From: a virus | Lineage: Duplodnaviria; Caudoviricetes | Reading direction: 5' to 3' (one strand) | DNA: 64,000 bases | Virus record (IMG/VR): IMGVR_UViG_3300042542_006078 | In this document: positions 36,337 to 45,397 of the stretch, one piece after another | Layout: every line of letters begins with the position of its first letter | Position numbering within the stretch: the stretch's first letter is position 1 | Made by a program: the position numbers and the translations under genes | Notes under the pieces: model-generated | The model's input: the letters and a program-made list of their open reading frames with translations, nothing else | Databases searched by the model: none | Told to the model about the DNA's origin: nothing

Positions 36337-37349
36337 AATTAAATAATTCCGACATATATGTTTTCTATCCATCTGTAAATTATTGGGTCGATAGATTAAA
36401 GAATAATTCTTATTTTTCATATTCAAAATTATGCCATGCTTTTTGGAATGTTGCTGTTGGCATGGATCGTCAATTAAAAATGTTCAAAAAAATACACAAT
36501 GAAAATTTCATTAACGAATGTATTGGCATGCTATGTGCGATACCAGTTGATGGTAATTATTTTCAAGGAATTTCCATATGCGAATCAAATTGCGAACATC
36601 AATCGATAGATGAAATGTGTAATGCAGTAAAAAATCATTTACACAACAAAGAATTGTATTACGGTCTTATTTGGAAAAAATATTGTTTGAATGGTGTTGT
36701 TAAAAATTTCATTTACGAAGTAAGAAATAAACATGTTGTTTTTGTGGGAATGCCTCATATTGCTAATGTTCCATTGACATGGGGACTTGATAATTATGAA
36801 TTTTTGTCTGTAAATATTCTTGATGCAACTGAAAAGAGATATGAAATTTTGAATATTTTGAAAAATAAAAAAAATTCTGTTATTATTTTTCAATGTGGTG
36901 AGATGTTATCATTTTGGTTAATAAATAAATTGCATGAATTGAAAAGCGACAATTTTTTAATTGACATGGGCAGATCTTTAGATGTTTTTTGCAATATGGA
37001 CAATGTAGGAGAAGACACATTGAAATTTTTCCCAAATGTTGCAAAACCATATTGGAGTAGACAAAGTGATAATTTCAATAAATTCAATTCATATGAAAAA
37101 ATAATAGTTCCATATAACAATAATTATTTTCAAAACATACTAATCAAAAAAATAAAAATTGCAACTGGATTTGATGTCGTGGAAAATGATACTGACAATA
37201 CAAAAGTGATTATCAAGTTGCGTGAAGGAGAAAAAATAACTAGATACACACCATTAACTTGTTATGCTTTAACCTACAAATGCGATGATTTTTTTCTTAT
37301 GCCAAAATTTGAATGTTTATTTGATATAAATAAAACCATTAAATTGTGA
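36324..37349 (+). CDS. Hypothetical protein, possibly GT-D-fold glycosyltransferase-like
   Basis: VVFVG ... IIFQCG ... LIDMGRSLD pattern and glycan-island context. Confidence 0.4.
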   Translation: MDKIKLNNSDIYVFYPSVNYWVDRLKNNSYFSYSKLCHAFWNVAVGMDRQLKMFKKIHNENFINECIGMLCAIPVDGNYFQGISICESNCEHQSIDEMCNAVKNHLHNKELYYGLIWKKYCLNGVVKNFIYEVRNKHVVFVGMPHIANVPLTWGLDNYEFLSVNILDATEKRYEILNILKNKKNSVIIFQCGEMLSFWLINKLHELKSDNFLIDMGRSLDVFCNMDNVGEDTLKFFPNVAKPYWSRQSDNFNKFNSYEKIIVPYNNNYFQNILIKKIKIATGFDVVENDTDNTKVIIKLREGEKITRYTPLTCYALTYKCDDFFLMPKFECLFDINKTIKL

Positions 37350-37368
37350 AAATAAGTTTTATTGTTTT

Positions 37369-38067
37369 TCAATCATTAGTTCTGTTTTTTGGATAACCAC
37401 TATTTATGTATGATTTTTCAGCAAGGTCATTATACCTTAAATGTGCTGTCAATCTTATCTGATCTGTTGAATTGATTCCACTTCTGTGAATGGTTAGATT
37501 ATGAAAAACAAGCACATCTCCCATTTCCATTTTTATGGGAGAAAAGTGCCAATCTTGTTTTTTTAGAACGGGAACACCATGGAAGTCCTCTTGCTCTAAT
37601 GGGCCTAAATGGTGGCTTCCTTCTACGACTTCTAGAAATCCCAATTCACTGGTTATTGGTACAAGAGGAATCCAACAAGTAACCCCGTTTTTGCTTCCCA
37701 AGTTGCTATGATAATCTTGGTGTGCTGGCAGTTTCCAATATGATTCATCAATGCTTGTTCTTGGAGAACTAAATGCAAGACATGGCTTAGTGTTGAAAGA
37801 GGGTTTTGATATTTCACATAGATTTTTCAATTCTGATAGTAGCTTGTCATCTGTGCCTAAAGAGTACAGTGAAATAAGTTTTTGTGTGGCAAGAGCGCAA
37901 GATTTGAATCCTTGCAAATCATTTGAAAAAAGTTCAAATATATTTTGATTTATTTTCTTTTCTTCGCAATAAGAATTGAATACTGAAAAAATATCATTTC
38001 TAACTAACTCAATTCTTTTTGGACAGAATAATTTTTTTAATAGAATATGACTGTTTTCCATAATCAA
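37369..38067 (-). CDS. 2OG-Fe(II) dioxygenase, PhyH family
   Basis: PAHQDY, TCWIPL, G.LEVV.GSH, GDVLVFH.LTIHRS...R. Confidence 0.9.
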   Translation of the reverse strand: MIMENSHILLKKLFCPKRIELVRNDIFSVFNSYCEEKKINQNIFELFSNDLQGFKSCALATQKLISLYSLGTDDKLLSELKNLCEISKPSFNTKPCLAFSSPRTSIDESYWKLPAHQDYHSNLGSKNGVTCWIPLVPITSELGFLEVVEGSHHLGPLEQEDFHGVPVLKKQDWHFSPIKMEMGDVLVFHNLTIHRSGINSTDQIRLTAHLRYNDLAEKSYINSGYPKNRTND

Positions 38068-38093
38068 TAAGAGTTAAAAAACATATATAATTT

Positions 38094-38693
38094 ATGCCTT
38101 TGTGTCATGACAAAAAAATCTGTCACATACACATCCCTAAAACTGGCGGGACAAGTGTTATAAATTATTTTCGCATGCCAAAAAATTTAGATAGTATGTT
38201 CGGCATGGACGGAAATAGTGAAAGAAGTCATTTCAGCCAATTAGAAATACAAGAAATTTGTGATATATCAGATTATTTCAAGTTTGTATTTATAAGAAAC
38301 CCTTGGGACAGATTGGCTTCAGAATTTGCGTGGAGAATGGCCGCAAGACCAAACAAGCATGGAATTCTAAACGATTTTAATGAATTCAATGAATTTGTTT
38401 CTGGATTAGAAGCAATTTTCGATGATATTGTAAATAAAAAATATCCACACAGAATATGCAATCACTTTTTTCCTCAAAATTGGTTTTTTTATTCTGTGGA
38501 TTTCGTTGGCAGATATGAGACATTCAGAGAAGATTTGGAAAAACTTGGAAAAATGTTCAATATAGATCGTCTAATACCTCATGATAACAAGGCTAAAACG
38601 GTTGATTACAGAATTTTGTATAATGAAAATTCTATTGAGATAGTTAAAAAATTGTATCATGATGATATAAAACTTTTTGGCTATGATTTTTAG
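38094..38693 (+). CDS. Sulfotransferase family 2
   Basis: HIPKTGGTS, RNPWDRLAS, HFFPQ, GRYE, Y.DD..LFGY.F. Confidence 0.88.
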   Translation: MPLCHDKKICHIHIPKTGGTSVINYFRMPKNLDSMFGMDGNSERSHFSQLEIQEICDISDYFKFVFIRNPWDRLASEFAWRMAARPNKHGILNDFNEFNEFVSGLEAIFDDIVNKKYPHRICNHFFPQNWFFYSVDFVGRYETFREDLEKLGKMFNIDRLIPHDNKAKTVDYRILYNENSIEIVKKLYHDDIKLFGYDF

Positions 38694-38694
38694 T

Positions 38695-39492
38695 TTAGTT
38701 GAATAACATGAAAATTCCCGTGGAACCATATCCATTACCGTTATAAAGCATATATTTTTCTTTCCTGCCATTTAGTTGAAATAGATATGGATAGCATTGC
38801 ATATCTTGGTCCAGTTCATTTTTTGGAATGAATGGTTTAATTAATTTATTTTCATTTATAGAAAAAATTTCATAATTACTGTTTAGTTTTTTAATTGAGA
38901 AGTAAGATATTCCATCGTGAATGCAACAGCGAGAAATGGCATCATTTTCACAGTTGGTTTTGAAATATTCTTGATCGTCAATAAAGTTGAAATTTGAGCT
39001 AGAAGTTGCGATTCGCAAATGATAGCAGGGTTTATCTTGATCCCAATGAGTACCGGCACAGTATATCATTTTGGTTTTATTGTCTTCTGAATAAACAAAT
39101 GGAGAATTGACGAGGCATGGAGCATTTTTATTTGTTGAGAAAACTGGGCCTGAATAAATTCTTTCAAGTTTTTCGTTTTCGTTTATCTGACAAACTCCTA
39201 TGGCATGCGAATAAGGAACAGATTTTCTGAGATGCCATCCAGAGTAAAACAAATAATTTTCAAAGATGCAAGATGGCATCACGCCGCTGTCATCAAAGCT
39301 GCCCCTTTCTCCGGGCAATAGTGCATAAGGATCGTCATCAAGTAAACTGAAATTATAATCGAACTTTAGTTTGCCGATGTGGCTTATTCCATCTTTTCTC
39401 CAACTATAGAAAATTAAAATGTATGAATCTTTAACGAATGGAGTTGGCAATTGTCCTTGCTTGTCATAAATTAATTTTTTATTTTTCCACAT
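38695..39492 (-). CDS. Five-bladed beta-propeller glycoside-hydrolase-like protein
   Basis: GERGSFDDSGVMPS, CYPY, MLYNGNGYG.TG. Confidence 0.65.
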   Translation of the reverse strand: MWKNKKLIYDKQGQLPTPFVKDSYILIFYSWRKDGISHIGKLKFDYNFSLLDDDPYALLPGERGSFDDSGVMPSCIFENYLFYSGWHLRKSVPYSHAIGVCQINENEKLERIYSGPVFSTNKNAPCLVNSPFVYSEDNKTKMIYCAGTHWDQDKPCYHLRIATSSSNFNFIDDQEYFKTNCENDAISRCCIHDGISYFSIKKLNSNYEIFSINENKLIKPFIPKNELDQDMQCYPYLFQLNGRKEKYMLYNGNGYGSTGIFMLFN

Positions 39493-39524
39493 TGTTGTGA
39501 ATTTTTGCTAGATTGCCAATTTGT

Positions 39525-40205
39525 TCAAAATTTAATTTCGCTGCTTTCTTTTACTCTTTTTGCCGGAATTCCAACCCAAACACCGCCTTCTGGCTCTAAA
39601 TCACAAACCACAGAAGCATCTTGGCCAACAAATGTGCTAGAAGAAATATGTGTATCATTTTTAGTACTACAATTTGTCCCAAGAAAACAAAAATCATCAA
39701 TTCGGTTGTGACCAGCTATCACTACATTGCCAGAAATAAAATTATTGTTGCCAACTTTTGTGTGATGACCAATATGGCTAAAACTCCATATAACCAAGTT
39801 ATCACCAACCTCACAAAAAGGTTGTATGTTGCATCCTTCAAAAATAAATGCATTTTTGCCTATTTTTGCATTCCAAGTGTAAGCCTTGCTGCTAATGTAG
39901 CTTGCAAAGTTGTACCCCTTTTTTTCAATTTTATCACATATTTCGGCTTTCAATTTGTTCATCTTTGATGCATATATTGGCGCACTAAATAAAAATTTAT
40001 CTGGAGGATATTCTTTTTCAATGTCTTCAAAAGCGATGACTGGCAAATCATTAAAACGAGATTCTTTCAAATAAGCACCATCCACACAAAATGCGACAGG
40101 GACATAATTAGAATCATTTCTGAAATAAAAACAAGCTAACTCGGCCATATCTTTATTGCCAAATATAATTATCTTATTGGTGTTAGTATTCAAAAATTCC
40201 TCCAC
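39525..40205 (-). CDS. Sugar O/N-acetyltransferase (NeuD/PglD family)
   Basis: IIIFG Rossmann N-domain, hexapeptide repeats, IGHH, VWVGIPAK. Confidence 0.88.
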   Translation of the reverse strand: MEEFLNTNTNKIIIFGNKDMAELACFYFRNDSNYVPVAFCVDGAYLKESRFNDLPVIAFEDIEKEYPPDKFLFSAPIYASKMNKLKAEICDKIEKKGYNFASYISSKAYTWNAKIGKNAFIFEGCNIQPFCEVGDNLVIWSFSHIGHHTKVGNNNFISGNVVIAGHNRIDDFCFLGTNCSTKNDTHISSSTFVGQDASVVCDLEPEGGVWVGIPAKRVKESSEIKF

Positions 40206-40223
40206 TCTTGATTTCCAGCAAAG

Positions 40224-40952
40224 CTATGAAAACATTTTCATCCAAATTCGCTCAAAGAAAAATCCATATACTTCATATTTGTTGATAAAGCTATAACAAT
40301 TGAAGTAGAAGTTTAGGTCATGTTTTCTGATCGATTCTTTCTTGGTTGCAAATATACCAGAATAGACGAAATTAAAAAAATCTGTACCATAGTCTTCGTC
40401 TGGAAGTCCTATCATGTTGCAGAAGTGATGAATTACATCATCTCCGTGCTGCAATTCTTCGTGTTCTGACAAATAGGCAAAATAAACACCCTTAATTCCA
40501 TCATCCCAATGTTTAACAGGACCAAGAGTATATCGACTTGCAGTTTCTACATAGTAAAGATCAAGATTGTTGTTTGTAACCTTCGGAGGAGGTAATTCAT
40601 CCTTTCTCCAATAAACACTCATAGGCAAAAATTTAGAATCAAGACCCTCATTCAACATTTTATAAGTAAGTAAAGCAAAGTTTGGCGCATGTTCAAGAGG
40701 ATTGCCTTGCGTAAATATTGTGATATCACTTAAATTATCATATTCTTTCAAAATATATCTAATATAAGTTTCTGATTCTCTTCCTGTGTTGTTGCATCCA
40801 TTGTGAACTATGACATTAGGATGTTTAAGTTCTTTAGGATTGATGATATCTTTGCCTTTATTGAATACCTCGATTTTGATTTGTTTTGGCATTAGTTCAA
40901 ACCAACTCAAATCTTCTTGGTATCTTGCAACGATCATTTTTATATCATGCAT
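40224..40952 (-). CDS. DUF3431-like protein
   Basis: VARYQEDLSW, NTGRES.TY..YI...YDNL.D.TIF.QG, F...K..I. Confidence 0.75.
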   Translation of the reverse strand: MHDIKMIVARYQEDLSWFELMPKQIKIEVFNKGKDIINPKELKHPNVIVHNGCNNTGRESETYIRYILKEYDNLSDITIFTQGNPLEHAPNFALLTYKMLNEGLDSKFLPMSVYWRKDELPPPKVTNNNLDLYYVETASRYTLGPVKHWDDGIKGVYFAYLSEHEELQHGDDVIHHFCNMIGLPDEDYGTDFFNFVYSGIFATKKESIRKHDLNFYFNCYSFINKYEVYGFFFERIWMKMFS

Positions 40953-40964
40953 TCAATATAAGAA

Positions 40965-41831
40965 TTACTTTTTTCTTTTTTTAATTTCAAGAATCAGATT
41001 CTGCATTAGTTTTGTTGCTTTGTCGATTAGATTGCTTTTCTTGACATCGATATTATTTTGGCTGTATTTTTCCTTGTATCCAAAAACAGTGCCTTCAATG
41101 CAGTTTTCTGGCACAAAGATACCTGAATAACGACATTGATTTACAATTGGCATGATTGCTTCTTTGGGGTTAATATAACTATTTTGCTTGCAGTCAACCA
41201 TGGATAGTGGTATTTTCCTGTTCACATAATCATCTGCTCCATCATCTCCGTGAATGAAAAATGCAGCGACTTTTCCTTCGTAATGGTTTTTCAGTAGGTC
41301 ACGATATTTTCCGCTTTGTTCTGCTGCTATGGTCAGCTTTGGGTTTTTTATGTCTTTTCCATAGATTTCTTTTGCTTGTTCTTGAGTAAGAGTGAGGTTG
41401 ACGCAGACAAGTCTGTCAAATAAGGCTTTGACTTGACTACTTGGTCCAGACCAATGAACAGGAGTGAAGACTACAAATCCATCGGCTTTTTTTAATTTTT
41501 TATAAACATCTTTTTCGTGCATAAGATCATTTGTTCCATCACCTTTATCATAACAATCACAAGGATAATGGCAATGAAAACCATTGCTTGTTCCGATGCA
41601 ACCTTTACATGGTCTAATTTGAGGATCAGTATCCATGACCTTTAGATCGATAAGAGTGATCTTCACTTCTTTGGTGATTTTTTGAATGGCTTCATTTAGA
41701 AGAAAACTTGTCTTGCTATTTCCTCCAGAACACGAGTCTTTTGTTCTGGGGCTACCCTGAAATGCAACAATATTGATTTTGTCGTTATTATTGCCTGTTG
41801 CTTCTGCTAAATACTCAATAAAGCTAATCAT
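40965..41831 (-). CDS. Multimeric flavodoxin / iron-sulfur flavoprotein with CTS-like N-terminus
   Basis: GSPR...NS, PCKGC...CHYPCDC, ADG.V..TPVHW...S..KA.FDR; begins MISFIEYLAE. Confidence 0.8.
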   Translation of the reverse strand: MISFIEYLAEATGNNNDKINIVAFQGSPRTKDSCSGGNSKTSFLLNEAIQKITKEVKITLIDLKVMDTDPQIRPCKGCIGTSNGFHCHYPCDCYDKGDGTNDLMHEKDVYKKLKKADGFVVFTPVHWSGPSSQVKALFDRLVCVNLTLTQEQAKEIYGKDIKNPKLTIAAEQSGKYRDLLKNHYEGKVAAFFIHGDDGADDYVNRKIPLSMVDCKQNSYINPKEAIMPIVNQCRYSGIFVPENCIEGTVFGYKEKYSQNNIDVKKSNLIDKATKLMQNLILEIKKRKK

Positions 41832-41885
41832 ATTACTTCCAATTATAGTTTTTCTAATATATATATTTCGAGGAGATCAATAAAG

Positions 41886-42215
41886 ATGAGAAGTTACAAA
41901 GAGTTTCTTGCAGAAAAATATACAATTCGAGATTCTGGCGAGATTAATGAAGCAGTTGCCAAGAAAAAGGAAACTTCCAAGAAGAAGGAATCTGCCAAGA
42001 AAGACAAAAGCACAGACAAGATTAATTGCATGCAGGAAATTGTAGCTGAGTTGAAAAATACATTTAAGCATTACAGTCTTACGACAAGAAAATATGTGTG
42101 GGAAAAATTAATTTCTACGAAAGGTAAAGAGCTTGTTGGCAAGTTGGTTCATGATCCAATGATCTATCGTACAACCAGTCCATTTACTCAATTGGTTACT
42201 GACACCAAAAAATAA
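41886..42215 (+). CDS. Small basic protein with CTS-like N-terminus
   Basis: Begins MRSYKEFLAE; GAGGAG RBS. Confidence 0.7.
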   Translation: MRSYKEFLAEKYTIRDSGEINEAVAKKKETSKKKESAKKDKSTDKINCMQEIVAELKNTFKHYSLTTRKYVWEKLISTKGKELVGKLVHDPMIYRTTSPFTQLVTDTKK

Positions 42216-42216
42216 T

Positions 42217-42245
42217 TTGACATGAGCATGATGTTTTGGAATAAT
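42217..42245 (+). promoter_or_regulatory. Sigma70-type promoter with extended -10, followed by a 9-bp leader hairpin
   Basis: TTGACA-N17-AATAAT with TG at -14/-15; AATACGCAC/GTGCGTATT hairpin just downstream. Confidence 0.65.
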
Positions 42246-42283
42246 TGAATACGCACAACCCGTGCGTATTTATGGAGATTGAA

Positions 42284-42574
42284 ATGAAGAAGATTATGTT
42301 TTTGGCGATTGCTGGCATTGGATTCTTCGGACTTGATGCCAATGCTGGCATTTTCAACAAGAAGAGCAAAACATGTTCTAATGGATCTTGCTCATCTAGC
42401 CAGACAAGTAGAGTTAGAACTGTTGTTGCGGCCCCATCTAAGGCACAAGCGCCAACTGCGCCTCAAAAGAAGGTGGAAGCTCCATCTCCTGTAAAAGCAC
42501 AAGAAAGCAAGCCGGGACAGGCTCCCGCTCCTGTTAAGGCCCCTTCCAAGAAGGTTGCTGCTCCTCAGCAGTAA
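42284..42574 (+). CDS. Small exported Pro/Ala/Lys-rich protein
   Basis: Signal peptide MKKIMFLAIAGIGFFGLDANA; CSNGSC; GGAG RBS. Confidence 0.7.
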   Translation: MKKIMFLAIAGIGFFGLDANAGIFNKKSKTCSNGSCSSSQTSRVRTVVAAPSKAQAPTAPQKKVEAPSPVKAQESKPGQAPAPVKAPSKKVAAPQQ

Positions 42575-42580
42575 TTTTAA

Positions 42581-42847
42581 TTAAGGTTTAGCTTGTGGTG
42601 CAGCAGGCGCAGGCCCGGCAGCGGGTGCTGCGCCTCCACCACCTCCCCCTCCGCCATCGCATGGTCCCGCTCCTCCTCCTTGACCACAAATGCGAATTTC
42701 CCCTGCCAAAGACCTAGGGGTTGGGTCTTTTGGGCTTGGTTTTGGTTTTTGGGGTGGATTGTCTCTTGGACCCGGTTTGAATGGATGACCTTTTCCTTTG
42801 CTGGAATACATTTCTTCTATTTGATTTAGCCAGTTCTTGAAATTCAT
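42581..42847 (-). CDS. Small Gly/Pro-rich protein with CTS-like N-terminus
   Basis: Begins MNFKNWLNQIEE; TAAATA 4 nt before the ATG. Confidence 0.6.
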   Translation of the reverse strand: MNFKNWLNQIEEMYSSKGKGHPFKPGPRDNPPQKPKPSPKDPTPRSLAGEIRICGQGGGAGPCDGGGGGGGGAAPAAGPAPAAPQAKP

Positions 42848-42903
42848 GTTATATTTACGCTAACTTAACATAAATAATATAAACTTTTTATCTTAGGAAT
42901 TGC

Positions 42904-43479
42904 ATGAGCGAATCATTTCATGAATATGTTAACAACAGAGAAGATCGTCATTTGTTTGAACAAACTGACATTCCTATGAAGTTGATTACAGAAGCGATTG
43001 TGAGCGAAGGATTAAAGTATCACTTGGAAAATAATTTATCCCTTTCCAACACCGTGTTCCGATATGGAAGCGAAGCGTATTATACTTTGGTCAACGAAGT
43101 TCGTGATCTTTATCGCAATAGACTTATAGAAATCAATGCTCATGATAAGTTTTTCATAGATACGGATTTGGGATGTGAAGCTGTTTATCATGGTCAGAGT
43201 GTAAAGCTTGATAGTCCTATGCGTTCATCTGGTCCTAAAAAGTATCAGGTTTTTGTGAACTCTGGCAGGAAAAATGCTCAAGGTGAAACGATTGCCAAAA
43301 AGGTTACATTTGGATACAGAGGTCTTAGTGTAAAAAATTACTCCGATGCAAGAAGAAAATCATTTCTTGCAAGACATAAATGCAATGAAAAGAAAGATAG
43401 GACAACTCCCGGTTATTGGGCTTGCAATGTAGGCAGATATGCTAAGAAATTAGGTTTGAGTTCATCAAAGAGATGGTAG
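42904..43479 (+). CDS. Conserved phage protein (SFLARHKC...YWAC type) with CTS-like N-terminus
   Basis: KKVTFG, RKSFLARHKC, TPGYWAC. Confidence 0.7.
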   Translation: MSESFHEYVNNREDRHLFEQTDIPMKLITEAIVSEGLKYHLENNLSLSNTVFRYGSEAYYTLVNEVRDLYRNRLIEINAHDKFFIDTDLGCEAVYHGQSVKLDSPMRSSGPKKYQVFVNSGRKNAQGETIAKKVTFGYRGLSVKNYSDARRKSFLARHKCNEKKDRTTPGYWACNVGRYAKKLGLSSSKRW

Positions 43480-43751
43480 ACAACAGTCACATTCCAGCAA
43501 AACAAGAAATCAATGATGGTGTCATTTATCGTTGTTTCAGCAAAGATGTTGATTCAGACGAGTTGAAATGGCATTGGGATGAAAAAGATCGTTTGGTTAA
43601 AGTCTTAAATGAAAATGATTGGCTATATCAATCAGATAACAATTTTCCAATTGTTTTGAAAAAAAATACAGAAATTTTCATTAAAGCTGGAGAATGGCAC
43701 AGGGTAATTAAAGGATCGACTGATTTGGAAGTTCGTGTTATTGAAAGTTAG
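43473..43751 (+). CDS. Small cupin-like protein
   Basis: LKWHWDEKDR, WLYQ.D, IKAGEWHRVIKG. Confidence 0.65.
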   Translation: MVDNSHIPAKQEINDGVIYRCFSKDVDSDELKWHWDEKDRLVKVLNENDWLYQSDNNFPIVLKKNTEIFIKAGEWHRVIKGSTDLEVRVIES

Positions 43752-44152
43752 TTGCGACTAGGGATAATTTCCTCACATGAATCAAATAATCCTTTAACCG
43801 TATATTGTATTCTTTTATTTTCTATATCATCTTTACTGATAATTTCAGATAAAATAAAATCGTGAAATATACATTTACTTTTTCCTTCTTGAATAATGAC
43901 GCAGAATTTTTTTGATATAAGATTTACACTAGATAATTTATCAATGGCGAATTTATCATCAAAGCACATTGTGAGATTCTCTTCTGGGCATTCAGAAGGG
44001 AGTTTGGTATCGTATTTAATTAACTTAAACTCTGGTAAAATAATTTCCCAAGTGGCAGAAAGATGCCACTTAGCCGTTGTGTGAAAAAGTTCTCTTTGAA
44101 ATGTCATCATGAGGAGACTATAAAAAATTATTCGTAAAATTGCAACATGCAA
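43748..44152 (-). CDS. Hypothetical protein
   Basis: 134-aa ORF; true start uncertain. Confidence 0.45.
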   Translation of the reverse strand: MHVAILRIIFYSLLMMTFQRELFHTTAKWHLSATWEIILPEFKLIKYDTKLPSECPEENLTMCFDDKFAIDKLSSVNLISKKFCVIIQEGKSKCIFHDFILSEIISKDDIENKRIQYTVKGLFDSCEEIIPSRN

Positions 44153-44700
44153 GTTGGTATTTTTGGTGCAACATACTTTAGAAACTCAAATGCGCCCTTG
44201 TTTGAAAAGACTATTTCATTCCTGTCTCTTGCTGTGCGTACTTCACAGTCGCAATCCAAAGAATTAAAATAATTTGCTATAACTTGACTGCCTTCTGCTC
44301 CAAACTTATGAGTTCTGAGGTAAGATTTTCTTTTGCTTTTTTTGCCAGCATCGAGAAACCAAGTCATCCATGCCTCATCTGATAAAATGTCGAGCATTTC
44401 TTTTGTGATGATCTTTTTCCCGTCCTTGTAAAAAATCCTGTAAACTTGGTTGAAAACAGGATAGGCTATGCTATAGCAGCGGAATGTATTTTTGTCTTTT
44501 TTAACAGTTTGATCATCAATTTTGAAAAAATCAGACAAAACTTCAATTTTATAATCTAGCCAAAGTTTGTTGCTATCCCTCATAGCAAGGTAGCAGTTTT
44601 TACCCCTATCGGGTTTGATTATGGAAGAACCACCCAATATTGTTCCGTACAGAGTTTGTTTCTGCGATTCCTTAAGTTGAGGTCCAGATTGGTATGTCAT
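44128..44700 (-). CDS. LAGLIDADG_2-type endonuclease homolog with altered catalytic motifs
   Basis: QKQTLYGTILGGSS and WFLDAG where GxLLGDG and WFxDDG are expected; LRTHKF. Confidence 0.7.
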   Translation of the reverse strand: MTYQSGPQLKESQKQTLYGTILGGSSIIKPDRGKNCYLAMRDSNKLWLDYKIEVLSDFFKIDDQTVKKDKNTFRCYSIAYPVFNQVYRIFYKDGKKIITKEMLDILSDEAWMTWFLDAGKKSKRKSYLRTHKFGAEGSQVIANYFNSLDCDCEVRTARDRNEIVFSNKGAFEFLKYVAPKIPTCMLQFYE

Positions 44701-44821
44701 AATTTACCTCTAATTATATACTTTTTTCGCAAGATTTTTTCCGAAAAATGATTATAAGTTTCAACAAAATAAGGCAGCAACAATAAATATAATGTTCTTT
44801 TCTTTATAAGGAGAAATATAA

Positions 44822-45385
44822 ATGGCAGCTACAACTACACAAGGGACCGGACCCGGTTCCGCTTCCAATATTAAGCCATTGATTATCAATGGTACTGTAA
44901 AAACATTAAATCTCGAATCAAACGCTGTTACCGCACCGAAGCTTGATAACAACGCACTATCAAAAGCGCCAGTAGTTCTTAACACAGCAACTCAAACACT
45001 TAACTCCAGCTATGCTGGTATTCCTTTGGTTTTCGATAGAGCGGCTGGTGTTGTTGTAACTCTTCCAGAAGCAACTGGTACTGGCGATATCTATAAGTTT
45101 TATGTAAACACCACTGTAACTAGCAATAGTTATAAGATTCAAGTTGAAAATGCAACTGATGTTATTTGCGGCCTTGCTTTTGGTGATGATGGTGATGGCG
45201 AACCAGCTAATGCTTGGGCTTCAGGTGCTTCTTCTGACACCATCACAATGGATGGCAGCACACAGGGCGGCATTAAAGGCGACAGCGTTGAAATTACTGA
45301 CATTGCGTCTGGTCTTTTCTCTTGCAAGGTATTCATTACCCAAAGTGGTACTGAAGCTACTCCTTTCAGCGCAGCAGTTTCTTAA
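44822..45385 (+). CDS. Probable head fibre/decoration protein (MGASSVTG family)
   Basis: MAATTTQGTGPG; VVVTLPEATGTGDIYKFYV ... GGIKGD; AAGGAG RBS. Confidence 0.6.
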   Translation: MAATTTQGTGPGSASNIKPLIINGTVKTLNLESNAVTAPKLDNNALSKAPVVLNTATQTLNSSYAGIPLVFDRAAGVVVTLPEATGTGDIYKFYVNTTVTSNSYKIQVENATDVICGLAFGDDGDGEPANAWASGASSDTITMDGSTQGGIKGDSVEITDIASGLFSCKVFITQSGTEATPFSAAVS

Positions 45386-45397
45386 CACTGAGGTATT

